Origin: Octopus bimaculoides
Taxonomy: Eukaryota
Assembly: GCF_001194135.2 (NCBI RefSeq)
Contig: NC_068995.1
Span: 52,510,166 to 52,574,165, forward strand
Direction of reading: 5' to 3'
DNA: 64,000 nucleotides
Positions 12,791 through 25,325 of the stretch are shown here, piece by piece. Both the position numbers and the translations under genes were made by a program. Below the pieces are notes generated by a model that was given only the letters and a program-made list of their open reading frames with translations, had not been told where the DNA came from and did no database searches. The first letter of the stretch is position 1; every line of letters begins with the position of its first letter.

Positions 12791-13149
12791 ATACAATCTC
12801 ATACTCTCTCTCTTGAGAGATGGAATACATGGGAATTTATTATTAATTACGATAATTGTTTTCACACATCTAGCATTGATTCCTCATGGGTGGGACACTC
12901 AACAACTGGTTCAGGAGCATCCAGCAGTGCAGATGTATCTTATCAGGCGATAAATAAATAGAACTCCTTAAAATAACTGTTCTGCAATGTAACATCCCAT
13001 TTTGTAGAAAGAAAAGCAGCCAAACGGAAAAAAATATCTTCATTTATATGGAAGATCAAAGATAAAATCACAGATGACAAAAGGAGAAACGAACACGCAA
13101 TCCAGCGAGAAAAGTATTAAAAAAATATATATGTATAGTAATATATATA

Positions 13150-13399
13150 TCATCATCATCATCATCATCGTTTAACGTCCGCTTTCCATGCTAGCATGGG
13201 TTGGACGATTTGACTGAGGACTGGTGAACCGGATGGCTGCACCAGGCTCCAATCTGATCTGGTAGAGTTTCTACAGCTGGATGCCCTTCCTAACGCCAAC
13301 CACTCTGAGATTGTAGTGGGTGCTTTTACATGCCACCAGCACGAGGGCCATTCACACGGTACTGGCAACGACCACGCTCAAAATGGTGTTTTTTATGTG
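13150..13399 (-). mobile_element. RTE-like 3' tail (type C) ending in (TGA)n, low divergence
   Basis: catcatcgtttaacgtccgctttccatgctagcatgggttggacg...gatgcccttcctaacgccaacc. Confidence 0.85.
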
Positions 13400-14335
13400 N
13401 NNNNNNNNNNNNNNNNNNNNNNNNNNNNNNNNNNNNNNNNNNNNNNNNNNNNNNNNNNNNNNNNNNNNNNNNNNNNNNNNNNNNNNNNNNNNNNNNNNNN
13501 NNNNNNNNNNNNNNNNNNNNNNNNNNNNNNNNNNNNNNNNNNNNNNNNNNNNNNNNNNNNNNNNNNNNNNNNNNNNNNNNNNNNNNNNNNNNNNNNNNNN
13601 NNNNNNNNNNNNNNNNNNNNNNNNNNNNNNNNNNNNNNNNNNNNNNNNNNNNNNNNNNNNNNNNNNNNNNNNNNNNNNNNNNNNNNNNNNNNNNNNNNNN
13701 NNNNNNNNNNNNNNNNNNNNNNNNNNNNNNNNNNNNNNNNNNNNNNNNNNNNNNNNNNNNNNNNNNNNNNNNNNNNNNNNNNNNNNNNNNNNNNNNNNNN
13801 NNNNNNNNNNNNNNNNNNNNNNNNNNNNNNNNNNNNNNNNNNNNNNNNNNNNNNNNNNNNNNNNNNNNNNNNNNNNNNNNNNNNNNNNNNNNNNNNNNNN
13901 NNNNNNNNNNNNNNNNNNNNNNNNNNNNNNNNNNNNNNNNNNNNNNNNNNNNNNNNNNNNNNNNNNNNNNNNNNNNNNNNNNNNNNNCTCATATTTCCTT
14001 CTTAATTACGAATCACAGTAATAAAAATCTGATTAACAATAAACTGAAATTTACTATTGTAAATGATTTAGGTAACTCTTAGTTTGTTAGTCGATGGTAG
14101 AAGGTCATCTCTGCAGCTGGTGGTTGAATAAAGAAAACAAGAACCACAAAATCATTCTAGAACAAAAGATAATTATAAAACAAAACAAAACAAAAATTAA
14201 ATGAAAAATCTGTAAAAAAAAATGCTTGTTTTAATTCACAAATTAGTGTTTGTGCAAAGAATGCATTAAAAGTAGCACTTCTTGACTAAAAACTATTCAT
14301 TATTTGTAAATGAATTATTATTATTATTATTATTA

Positions 14336-14540
14336 TACTCTTTTACTTGTTTCAGTCATTTGACTGCGGTCATGCTGGAGCACCGCCTTTAGTCGAGCAA
14401 AGCGACCCCAGGACTTATTCTTTGGAAGCCTAGTACTTATTTTATTGGTCCCTTTTGCTGAACCGCTAAGTTACGGGGCCGTAAACACACCAGCATCAGT
14501 TGTCAAGCAATGTTGGTGGAACAAACCCAGACACACAAAC
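14336..14540 (-). mobile_element. SINE A1 tail, low divergence; head probably in gap
   Basis: ttttacttgtttcagtcatttgactgcgg...aaccgctaagttacgggg. Confidence 0.85.
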
Positions 14541-14582
14541 ATATACACACACATACATATACACACACATACATATATACAT

Positions 14583-14633
<51 letters not shown>

Positions 14634-14767
14634 NNNNNNNNNNNNNNNNNNNNNNNNNNNNNNNNNNNNNNNNNNNNNNNNNNNNNNNNNNNNNNNNNNN
14701 NNNNNNNNNNNNNNNNNNNNNNNNNNNNNNNNNNNNNNNNNNNNNNNNNNNNNNNNNNNNNNNNNNN

Positions 14768-14850
14768 ATTGATTCGTGTGACTAAACCATTGAAGGCAAT
14801 GCCCCAGCATGGCCACAGTCTAATGACTGACACAAATAAGAGGTCAGAAA
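14768..14850 (+). mobile_element. SINE A1 tail fragment
   Basis: ccccagcatggccacagtctaatgactgacacaaataag. Confidence 0.7.
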
Positions 14851-15213
14851 AAAAAAATAAATAAAATAAACAGAAGGTAATTAGATAAGTAAAGCAAAGA
14901 CAAATGATGAAAACTAAACAAAAAGTACAACAAAAAAGAATGAAACCCCGAAAAGGAAATTCTTGTGTTTGAATGGGTGGAGGGGTGGGTTGGGTAGGAG
15001 AAAGCAGGGGTGGGATATTCTGTGTCAGTTGTAAGGCTGGTTTTGAGCCGAAGGTGGTTGGGTTTGGGTCTTGATTGTCTTTAGCGTTGTTGTTGTTGTT
15101 GTTGTTGGTGTTGTTGTTGAGGTGACTGAATGATCTAAATTAGGTTAACTCTGTGTGTGTGTGTATGTGTGTATGTGTGTGTATATATTTATATAGATAT
15201 ATATGTCTCAGTA

Positions 15214-15244
<31 letters not shown>

Positions 15245-15409
15245 GTGCATGTATATATATATATATATATATATNNNNNNNNNNAGAGCTCTCTAAACTT
15301 TGATATACATATACATATATATACATATGTGTGTGTATATATATATATACATATACATATATATATGTATATATATATAAACACAAATATACAATTATAT
15401 GTGTGTGCG

Positions 15410-15441
<32 letters not shown>

Positions 15442-15471
15442 TATATATAAAAACACACATATACAAATATA

Positions 15472-15513
<42 letters not shown>

Positions 15514-15669
15514 TATACATATATGAATTTGTATTGTATACACACACATACATACACACACATGTATATATATATATATATATATAGAAAGAGAGAGAGA
15601 GAGGGAGAGGTGGGGTGAGAGTTAGGAAATGTAAACAGCAAAATAATGGCACCAGTTTTGAAACAATAG

Positions 15670-15796
15670 AGAGAAATGTAAAAAGGTAAGGAAGGAAGGA
15701 AGGAATGAAAGAAGAAAAGAAGGAACCAAAAAAGAGACAGTGGAAGGAATGAAGGAAAGAAAGAATGAAAAGAAGGAAATAAAGAATGACAAAAGT

Positions 15797-15827
<31 letters not shown>

Positions 15828-15865
15828 GTTGAAGTAGGGAAGAAAGAAAAAAGAAAGAAAGGAAT
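15670..15865. repeat. Purine-rich (GAAA/GAAG)n tract
   Basis: Direct inspection. Confidence 0.85.
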
Positions 15866-16001
15866 GTGTAGTTATCCAAATATAGCTTCTACCTATAGGT
15901 TACTAAGCAATATTGTGTGTGTGTGTATGTGTGAGAGAGAGAGAGGGAGAGAGAGGGACATACATGTGTGTGTGTGAGAGAGAGAGAGTTACTATAGGAA
16001 A

Positions 16002-16163
16002 CAATGGGCTTCTTTCAGTTTCCGTCCACCAAATCCACTCAAAAGGCTTTGGTCGGCCCAGGGCTATTAGTAGAAGACACTCGCCCAAGGTGCCATGCAG
16101 TGGAACTGAACCTGAGCCCACTTGGTTGGCAAGCAAGGTTCTCAACCATACAGACATACCTGC
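16002..16163 (-). mobile_element. SINE A head and central domain
   Basis: Reverse match to 40361-40530. Confidence 0.85.
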
Positions 16164-16288
16164 AACTATACAGACATACCACACCTGTGCTTACACAGCC
16201 ATACTAAATATGCTATGCAAATTGTGTGAGAGTATTTAAAGAAATAAACTCATTTTATATGATGGAATCTACATGACACACCATGTTA

Positions 16289-16347
<59 letters not shown>

Positions 16348-17032
16348 TTCATGAAACAGGTTTGCGTGAGAAAATTTATATGTATTACAATTATTTTTAT
16401 ATAAGAGCAGTTTATGAGTACACAGGGCTTTAGCTGTGATTTGAACACCTAGCATTGTTATATTGTTGTGCCTCATTGATTCGAGTTCAGGATTACTTTA
16501 TGGAGAGAAATGTTGGTTGCTGGAATATTCAGTCATTTATTTATATGCTAATACAATGAGTAAGTTCTGTTGATTGAACAACTGGAACACCCATTCCTTG
16601 AAACCAATGAGAGAATTCATTCATCTTATATATATGCATACATATATACATACATACATATAGACATACATAGATGCTGGCATACATATGTGTATATATA
16701 TATCCCTCTCCCTCTCTCGCTCTCTCTCTCGACGAGGCACAAGCACCCACACACACATGTACATATGTAGCGGTAACTTCTCGGGAAAATGAAAACATCT
16801 TTTACGTTTCGAGCCTATGCTCTTCAACAGAAAGGAATAAGAGAAAATAAACAGAGAGAGAATGAAGAAATCTTGTAGATTTCAGTGGTCCAGCATGGTG
16901 AATGATTGGATAAAATGTGATTGGGAAAAATGATTGGAAAATATATATATATATACACACATACACATATATATATATATACACACACACATATTATATA
17001 TATTTATACATACATGTATATATACACACATA

Positions 17033-17190
17033 GGCATAGCGTTACTGTGTGGTAAGTTTGCTTCCCAACCATATGGCTCTGGGTTCAGTCCCACTGTGTG
17101 CTACGTTGGGTAAGTGTCTTTTGCTATAGCCTCAGGCTGACCAAAGCCCTGTGAGTGGATTTGGTAGATGGGAACTGGAAGAAGTCCACT
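17033..17190 (+). mobile_element. SINE A head and central domain
   Basis: Match to 40361-40530. Confidence 0.85.
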
Positions 17191-17213
17191 TGTTTGTATA
17201 TATATATATATAT

Positions 17214-17430
17214 GTGACCGCGTGTGTATCGTTGGTGATTTTCTTTCTCTGTCTTCCCTTCTTTGGACTTTTTCTATATTTCTGATGAAGAGCTTCCACT
17301 CGAAATGTGAAATCCTCTTTCTTTTCTTTCTTTTCCTGAGCATCCAATAACACTTTACTTATTCCACGTCCTCGCGTTGTTGTTGTTGGTTTTTGTTGTT
17401 TTTTCTTGCTTGTTCATGTTTGGATTGACT
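17214..17430 (+). mobile_element. Putative Penelope-like pseudo-LTR fragment inserted in (TA)n
   Basis: ~215-bp T-rich segment between TA microsatellites carrying a minimal hammerhead-like core. Confidence 0.55.
17279..17313 (+). ncRNA. Degenerate minimal type I hammerhead ribozyme motif
   Basis: ttt-CTGATGA-a-GAG(cttcca)CTC-GAAA-tgtg-aaa; AATGTG is two changes from palindromic AACGTT. Confidence 0.55.
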
Positions 17431-17444
17431 ATATATATATATAC

Positions 17445-17505
<61 letters not shown>

Positions 17506-17695
17506 GTCTTGCTTCAATATTTAGACTGTGACAACACACAGACACGAACATATTATTGAATAGTGTAGATGTTTATCAGAGACATACTCCTGTAATTCTC
17601 TCATGTATAACTATATAACTGTTACACGTGTACTCCTACCTTGTATTTAGAACATATCTTCCTTGGTCCATTGTAGGCTAGATTGCAAAAATTTT

Positions 17696-17990
17696 GTGCC
17701 ACGTATAATGCACCTGTGCTGGTGCCACATATAATGCACCTGTGCTGGTACTACATAATAGCACTGGTGCAGGTGTCACATGAGAAGCATTCAGTTCAGT
17801 CTGTGATCTGGTTGGCATTTGGAAGGGCATCCAGCTTTAGAAATCATACCAAAACAAAAAACTGGAGCCGGGTGCAGCTGTCTGATTGGTCAACTCCTGT
17901 CAAGCCATCCGACTTAAGCTGGCATGGAAAATGGATGTTAAATGATGATGATGATGATGACAATGACGACAATGATGATGATGGATTTAA
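17696..17990 (+). mobile_element. RTE-like 3' tail (type C) preceded by a 26-bp tandem array
   Basis: gtgccacrtataatgcacctgtgctg x2 plus 2 degenerate units; tail ...gcatggaaaatggatgttaaatgatga. Confidence 0.75.
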
Positions 17991-18069
17991 TTTGATATAT
18001 ATTTAGTATCCCTCTAAAATATTTTGTGAATTCTGGATACATACATGCATGAATACATATATACTTACA

Positions 18070-18134
<65 letters not shown>

Positions 18135-18714
18135 ACTCACATATATGCATATATATATCTATATCTATGTATGTATGTATGTATGTATGTATCTATCTAT
18201 CTATCTATATATCTATATATATGCATTCATCCACATGCATACACACATTTATAATAAACAAACTTACACAATGCATTCAGGGATGTATGACCTAAGGCAT
18301 CAAAACTGAATAGAGCCACAACCAAGAGTCAAATAAATCAAATACGCGGTGTATACCGGATGACTGCTTTACTGATTGCACCAAAGAGGTTCTGAAAAAG
18401 AAAAATTTACCTGATAAAATAGCACTTATTAATGCTTTATTGGATGAACTAACAGTATTTACCTCCTCTAATATCACCCATGTCTCGTAATTATTTCTCG
18501 AATCACTTAACCATCAACAGGTGTTCAGAGACTTTTTTTGATGTAATATGTAGTCACCCAGTGTTATGGCAGAGATGTAAGTTCACTCCTGTAGAGTGTT
18601 CTGTTCACTCATGCTGTTTGAGATTGTGGTCGTAAATGTGTTGCATAATGAATTTATATAATCATTAAGATGGGTGTATGGCTCAAAAGGATTAATTCAT
18701 TTTTGCCGGCTGAG

Positions 18715-18822
18715 TGGACAGGAGTAATGCGAAATGAAGTGTTTTATCTCAAGAAGACAACATGTCCTGTCCAGGAATTGAAACCTCAACCTTATGGTCA
18801 TGATTGCAGCTCCCTAATCACT
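18715..18822 (-). mobile_element. SINE F fragment
   Basis: Similar to 20170-20280. Confidence 0.6.
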
Positions 18823-18832
18823 TAGTTTTGGT

Positions 18833-18873
18833 GGGAAAAAATTAAGTTGGATACATTTTGAATGCACCTCATA
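18833..18873 (-). mobile_element. Solitary Tc1/mariner-like terminus
   Basis: Minus TAtgaggtgcattcaaaatgtatcc next to TA repeat; no partner found. Confidence 0.4.
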
Positions 18874-18882
18874 TATATATAT

Positions 18883-18964
<82 letters not shown>

Positions 18965-19050
18965 ATGCATGTGAGTGTTTGTGTGCAAGTGTGCATTTAT
19001 GAATCCTGAATCTACAATACTGCATACTCTGTTTAATATATCCACTCTGT

Positions 19051-19180
19051 AAGGCGGCGAAATGCTTAGTGGTATTTCGTCTGTCCTTACGTTCTGAGTT
19101 CAAATCCTGCCGAGGTCGACTTTGCCTTTCATCCTTTCAGAGTCGATAAATTAAGTACCAGAGCCTAGAGTAGAAAAGAA
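19051..19180 (+). mobile_element. SINE B, internally deleted
   Basis: Match to 41935-42040. Confidence 0.85.
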
Positions 19181-20109
19181 TATATCCACTCTCTTGGCAA
19201 ATATGCAGATGCCTAGTTTTCTGACTTATAGATTCTTGGACAACCTATACAAGTGTGTATGTATATGTTATCAAACATGCACTGAAATTTATTCAAAAAA
19301 GCATATTTTTCATTCGAAAACCTTTCAGTAAAATGTGATTCACATTTTTCTGTGTGTTAAAACTTACTTTGTTAAAATATCCACTAATATTTTTTACAGT
19401 TGAACTTTAATGCGTACTCATTATTTTGTATTTATATTTTCATATACACAGATACATAATAGAAATATTTACGACTTATGTTAAAAAATAAAACTTACTT
19501 CATTCAATTATGCATATATACATATATATANNNNNNNNNNNNNNNNNNNNNNNNNNNNNNNNNNNNNNNNNNNNNNNNNNNNNNNNNNNNNNNNNNNNNN
19601 NNNNNNNNNNNNNNNNNNNNNNNNNNNNNNNATATATATATATATATATATATAAAAATTTAGTGCATTTTCAACTCTTATATATATGAATGGAATATAT
19701 CAGTAGACATGTATGTGTGTGTGAGTGTGTATAATTTGATTCAGTTTGCCAGAACAAGAAATAATTGTTAATTCTAGTTCTGGTTGACTGCATGAAATAT
19801 GTTATCTATTCTCTATTTCTGAATATTGAGTGCTTTTTGTGTTACCATTACTAATAATGGGTGCATATATGTGCGTCTGTGTCTCTGCATACATACACTC
19901 ATGCACACACATACACACATATATATATATATATATGTATTATGTAATATGCATTATCTGATTGATATGACAATACCATTGTTCTCATCCATGCCTTCAT
20001 GCATGTTATATGTGGTTTCGGTCAAATGTTGTCAAAACAGTTGTAAATCATGAAATAAATCTAAAACCAGGAACATCATTCTCCATTTATTTTACACACA
20101 CACACAAGA

Positions 20110-20295
20110 GAAAGACCAAAGACCAATGCAGCTTGGCACAAGTGACATCACAGTTCACTTCTACAGCTGAGTGAACTGGAACAAGATGAAATAAAGTGTT
20201 TTGCTCATGAACACAACACACAACCTGTTTCAGGAATCGAACTCATTACTTCATGATTGTGACTCCGACATTCTAACCACAGATCCATGCACCTC
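20110..20295 (-). mobile_element. SINE F (tRNA-like head, cttgagcaagacac-type central block)
   Basis: Minus gtggttagaatgtcggag...gagttcgattcctgaaac. Confidence 0.75.
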
Positions 20296-20830
20296 AATAC
20301 ATGGCTGGTACTGATTAAAAGAAGAACAGAAGGTTTTATGCTTGTGATAGCATCTACCTCCCCAAACTATGTCATGTCAGTACTGAGAACTTCTTTTCTG
20401 CCTCATCCTGGTGTTATCTACCACTTTACTCACACAACCCACACAAAATTTCATCGACAGCTTATTCCCACCCCAGGACCTATATTATGTCAGTCATCGT
20501 ACTGCTATATTGAGTAACTCTTATCTTAGGGCCAGGGCCTATAAGAGTGGAAGGGGCGGTGGGTTCATCTGGTACATTAGTCAAGGGACCCTTGGAGTCA
20601 GTTAAGTAAAGGCTTATGAGTATATGACTGGCCCCTTCTCCCAAAGTAAAAGGAAAAAAACAAGCAAGCATTACAGCATAAATTTGAGAGGGGTTAAGCC
20701 CCTACCCCCAACTCCCTACAAAAGTAATCTTGTTCCTACAGAATTTTTCTTCAAAGTGTGAGTGTTCTCAAAAGTGTAAGTGTTTGTACGTATAAAGGTC
20801 TGCAGGAGGCCTTGTGTATATACAGGCACT

Positions 20831-20867
<37 letters not shown>

Positions 20868-21122
20868 AAGAGAGAGAGATAGAGGGAGGAGGTAGAGTGT
20901 GTGTGTGTGTGTATGCTGTTCATGTGTGTGCATATATATATATATATGTCCATATGTCTGTGTGCGTACATGTGTTAGCATATGAATATATGTATGCGTG
21001 ATGTGATGTGTGTATACAGCCTGTGTGTGTGTGTATATATATATATATATAGAAAGAGAGAGAGAGAAAGAGAGACACAGATGGACATATAGAGAAACAG
21101 ATAGATAGACATATAGAGAAAC

Positions 21123-21180
<58 letters not shown>

Positions 21181-21293
21181 GTAGATAGGCAGACAGACAA
21201 ATAAATAGATAGTGGTGTGAGAGTGAATGTGTCTGTGTGTGCAGGATGGATGTGTTTAGTGTACAATCTGTGTGTGTGAATAGTGTGTATGAA

Positions 21294-21324
<31 letters not shown>

Positions 21325-21553
21325 AGTTGACATTTGACACAAATATAAAATACATGACCCTAAAATCTCTCCAACTACTGATTGTTTTACTGTGGGGTGG
21401 GGGATGCAAGTGGAGGGGTTATCTGGGTTCAAGGGGGTAAGCGTTTTCTGGGGGTGCAAGGTGATCTTGTTTCTATAGCAACAAGACGGCTACTGTTGTA
21501 GTGTTTTCATTCAAAGATAGCGTATCTTTGGCTAATATATATATATATATATG

Positions 21554-21680
21554 AACCACATGGTTCTGGGTTCAGTCCCACTGTGTGGCACCTTGGGCAA
21601 GTGTCTTCTACTATAGCCTCGGTCCGACCAAACCCTTGTGTGTGGATTTGGTAGACTGAAACTGAAAGAAACCCGTCGTA
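21554..21680 (+). mobile_element. SINE A head (5'-clipped) and central domain
   Basis: Match to 40400-40530. Confidence 0.85.
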
Positions 21681-21698
21681 TGTATGTATATATATATA

Positions 21699-21729
<31 letters not shown>

Positions 21730-22723
21730 NNNNNNNNNNNNNNNNNNNNNNNNNNNNNNNNNNNNNNNNNNNNNNNNNNNNNNNNNNNNNNNNNNNNNNN
21801 NNNNNNNNNNNNNNNNNNNNNNNNNNNNNNNNNNNNNNNNNNNNNNNNNNNNNNNNNNNNNNNNNNNNNNNNNNNNNNNNNNNNNNNNNNNNNNNNNNNN
21901 NNNNNNNNNNNNNNNNNNNNNNNNNNNNNNNNNNNNNNNNNNNNNNNNNNNNNNNNNNNNNNNNNNNNNNNNNNNNNNNNNNNNNNNNNNNNNNNNNNNN
22001 NNNNNNNNNNNNNNNNNNNNNNNNNNNNNNNNNNNNNNNNNNNNNNNNNNNNNNNNNNNNNNNNNNNNNNNNNNNNNNNNNNNNNNNNNNNNNNNNNNNN
22101 NNNNNNNNNNNNNNNNNNNNNNNNNNNNNNNNNNNNNNNNNNNNNNNNNNNNNNNNNNNNNNNNNNNNNNNNNNNNNNNNNNNNNNNNNNNNNNNNNNNN
22201 NNNNNNNNNNNNNNNNNNNNNNNNNNNNNNNNNNNNNNNNNNNNNNNNNNNNNNNNNNNNNNNNNNNNNNNNNNNNNNNNNNNNNNNNNNNNNNNNNNNN
22301 NNNNNNNNNNNNNNNNNNNNNNNNNNNNNNNNNNNNNNNNNNNNNNNNNNNNNNNNNNNNNNNNNNNNNNNNNNNNNNNNNNNNNNNNNNNNNNNNNNNN
22401 NNNNNNNNNNNNNNNNNNNNNNNNNNNNNNNNNNNNNNNNNNNNNNNNNNNNNNNNNNNNNNNNNNNNNNNNNNNNNNNNNNNNNNNNNNNNNNNNNNNN
22501 NNNNNNNNNNNNNTGGGTTGACTGACAACAAACTGCCAGAATTTTGCGACATGATCATCATGTCTTTTACATATTTCTTTATTTGTTGTGTTTGTTGTTG
22601 TATTTCAATATTTTGCTTAAGCGTTGTTATTGTAAGGTTCAAAAAGATTTAAAATATCAAACACACCCTAAAATCTAGAAACACTCACCGTCCCCTTTAT
22701 ATTCCCACATACTTATATACATG

Positions 22724-22766
<43 letters not shown>

Positions 22767-23469
22767 CTGTATATCGCAGACAGACATCAACATTTTCTCT
22801 CCAAAAGGTTTTAATTCAATATTTAGATGCTATTATATATAGATGTATAGCTTTATTTGCTTCCTGATACACTGTTCGCAAAAACATCAAAATGAAGCAG
22901 AAATGAAACAACAGGCACATTGGTAGGATTAGAACCAGCCATCTATTTCATGCCAGTCAACAACGTTTCTAATTATATCAAAGAACACCTGCTATGCCAT
23001 CTCCATAAATAACATACCCTAATTTCTGTCATGTTGGTGTACTATAATATCTAATTTTAGACAATAGAATGGCAGGTGTTCTGTAATACAATTTGTAATG
23101 TGGCAAGTGATCAATAATCTCAGGCTCCATCGTTAACATTAAAATTGTAGAAGTTAATTCATAAATTGATAGAGAACCTTTCACACACCAATTCACTACA
23201 GCCACAGCCCCGCCCATGAACATTCCCTACTGTCTGTTTCTTCTTTGGCTTCTGTTCTTGAGTGACTGCCTAAGAAACTTTATAGTGAATTTAATCCCGG
23301 TCAGATTGTCTTGTTGGTTTTTACCTTCAGAAATGCCTATCAATTACACTTCACCATTGTTAATTTTCATTACTGTTCAAATGGACATGGGAAAATATAT
23401 GTTAACTTTGGATGTTTACACCTTCATCTATACTCAGGGTAGTTTATTTTCTCTGAAGTTTGCTTCCTA

Positions 23470-23585
23470 CACATGGTTTGGGTTCAGCCCCTCCATAAGG
23501 CAAGTGCCTTTTGTTATGATCCCTGGCTGACCAAAACCCTCTGAGAAGATTTGGTACATGGAAATTGAAAGAAACCCATTGGATA
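23470..23585 (+). mobile_element. SINE A partial, diverged
   Basis: ggttcagccc...ggcaagtg...gaaattgaaagaaaccc. Confidence 0.7.
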
Positions 23586-23597
23586 TACATATATTTA

Positions 23598-23645
<48 letters not shown>

Positions 23646-23699
23646 TGTGTGTGTGTGTGTAAATGTGCCTAAGGGTGTTATAACACCTACGTTGTTAGA

Positions 23700-23961
23700 A
23701 ATAAGAGCCGTTAAGTTACAGGGATGTAAACACACCAACATCGGTTGTCAAGCAATGGTAGGGGACAACACAGACACACAAACACACACACGCATGCACA
23801 TGATGGGCTTCTTTCAGTTTCCATCTGCTAAATCCACTCACAAGGATTTGTTTGACCCGGGGCTATAGTAGAAGACACTTGTCCAAAGTACCATGCAGTG
23901 GGACTGAACCTGGAACCATATGGTTGGGAAGCAAACTTCTTACCATACAGCCACACCTGTG

Positions 23962-23964
<3 letters not shown>
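23700..23964 (-). mobile_element. SINE A head, central domain and start of A1 tail
   Basis: Reverse match incl. gtaaacacaccaacatcggttgtcaagc. Confidence 0.85.
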
Positions 23965-24014
<50 letters not shown>

Positions 24015-24015
24015 G

Positions 24016-24054
<39 letters not shown>

Positions 24055-24126
24055 ATAATATATGTGTGTGTGTGTGTGTGTATGTGTGTGTATATATATA
24101 TATATGTATACATATATACATATATC

Positions 24127-24323
24127 TTTCTCCTGTACTTGTTCTAGTCATTGGACTGCAACCATGCAGGGATATGTCCTTCAAGGGTTTTGGTCCCCAA
24201 TCCTTTTTATTTTAGGCTAGGTACTTATTCCATTGATCACTGATGCTGAACCGCTAAGTTATGGAAATGTAAATGAATCAGGACTAATTGTGAAGTAGTG
24301 GTGGGTGACAAATACAAACACAA
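24127..24323 (-). mobile_element. SINE A1 tail, diverged
   Basis: Reverse match to 40825-40985. Confidence 0.65.
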
Positions 24324-24387
24324 ATAGGTTCAGACATATGTAGGTATATACGTGTGTGTGTGTATGTTTGTGTGTGCTTGTGCGAGT

Positions 24388-24431
<44 letters not shown>

Positions 24432-24469
24432 TTGTGTGTGTGTTTGTATGTGTCCTTGCTTTAACATTG

Positions 24470-24702
24470 TTGTTTCATTTGTAAGTGAGTGTTACATTAA
24501 TATTAGCTGTGAAGCAGTGTCATTCATTTCCAATATTCTGCTCGTCCGGCTGTAGGGAACCATTACTCAAGCTTGGAAGAAGGTGAGGTTTGCCAACAAG
24601 AAGGACATGCAGCTGTAGCATATCTGCCTCAGTAAACTCCATCCGGTCCGTGCAAGCACGAGAAAGTGGACGTTAAAATGATGGTGATGATATGATGATG
24701 AT
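24470..24702 (+). mobile_element. G-type SINE tail ending in (TGA)n
   Basis: cttggaagaaggtgagg...gtggacgttaaaatgatggtgatga. Confidence 0.7.
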
Positions 24703-24982
24703 CAGTGGTGGACTGGGTCTAAAAATATTGGTTGCTAGGAGACTAAGGGGGCCTGCAACTACAATGCTATCTGTTTTTTTTTTTGTTAAAAGTATTCTTT
24801 TCACCTGTCTACAGACACAGCCAAGCTGAAACAATTAATGCATTCTTTCAGGAGTGAATGAAAAATTCTCAAACTTGAGGGGATGGGCCCCTTAGATATT
24901 AACACGGGCCTCCATATATGGATTCTAATGGTGCAGGGGCCCACTTGCCTTCAGGCAAGCTGGCAACTTGGCCAGTCCACTG
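24703..24982. mobile_element. hAT-type MITE (280 bp)
   Basis: cagtggtggactgg ... ccagtccactg with perfect 8-bp TSD atgatgat. Confidence 0.8.
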
Positions 24983-25129
24983 ATGATGATGATGATACAC
25001 ACAAATGTTCACACATACACATATACATAAACACTTACACACACATTCATACAGGGAAATGATTTTCTAGATTGTTTCCGATCAGCTCCTGCCCCCACTC
25101 CTTGAACATTCTGTCTCCTTCTGAATCTC

Positions 25130-25222
25130 TTTTTTCAGTCTCCTCTTTTTCCCTCTCTAAATCTCCTTTTCATTTTTTTTTGTTCTCACTCTCTAACAAC
25201 CCTCTCTTGTTCTCTCCAATAG
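25130..25222 (+). promoter_or_regulatory. Polypyrimidine tract and 3' splice acceptor of the PDZ exon (exon 25223-26114, with 103 nt of 5' UTR)
   Basis: ~90 nt C/T-rich tract ending ttctctccaatAG|g. Confidence 0.7.
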
Positions 25223-25262
25223 GCTGCTGTAGCTTCCACCTAACTTGCAGAACCAGCTTCAC

Positions 25263-25314
25263 ATGTCACATGCCAACCTCATGGTTTGAACCAGACCAAA
25301 CGGAAGGAAGCTGA
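25263..25314 (+). promoter_or_regulatory. Two overlapping uORFs in the PDZ exon leader: MSHANLMV* (25263-25289) and MPTSWFEPDQTEGS* (25270-25314)
   Basis: ATGs at 25263, 25270, 25281; stops at 25287 and 25312, all between acceptor and main ATG. Confidence 0.5.
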
Positions 25315-25325
25315 GTTTGGTAACC

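Noticed and set aside
20520-21490. Possible hAT-like ends around a microsatellite block
   Set aside because: No matching TIR pair or TSD could be established.
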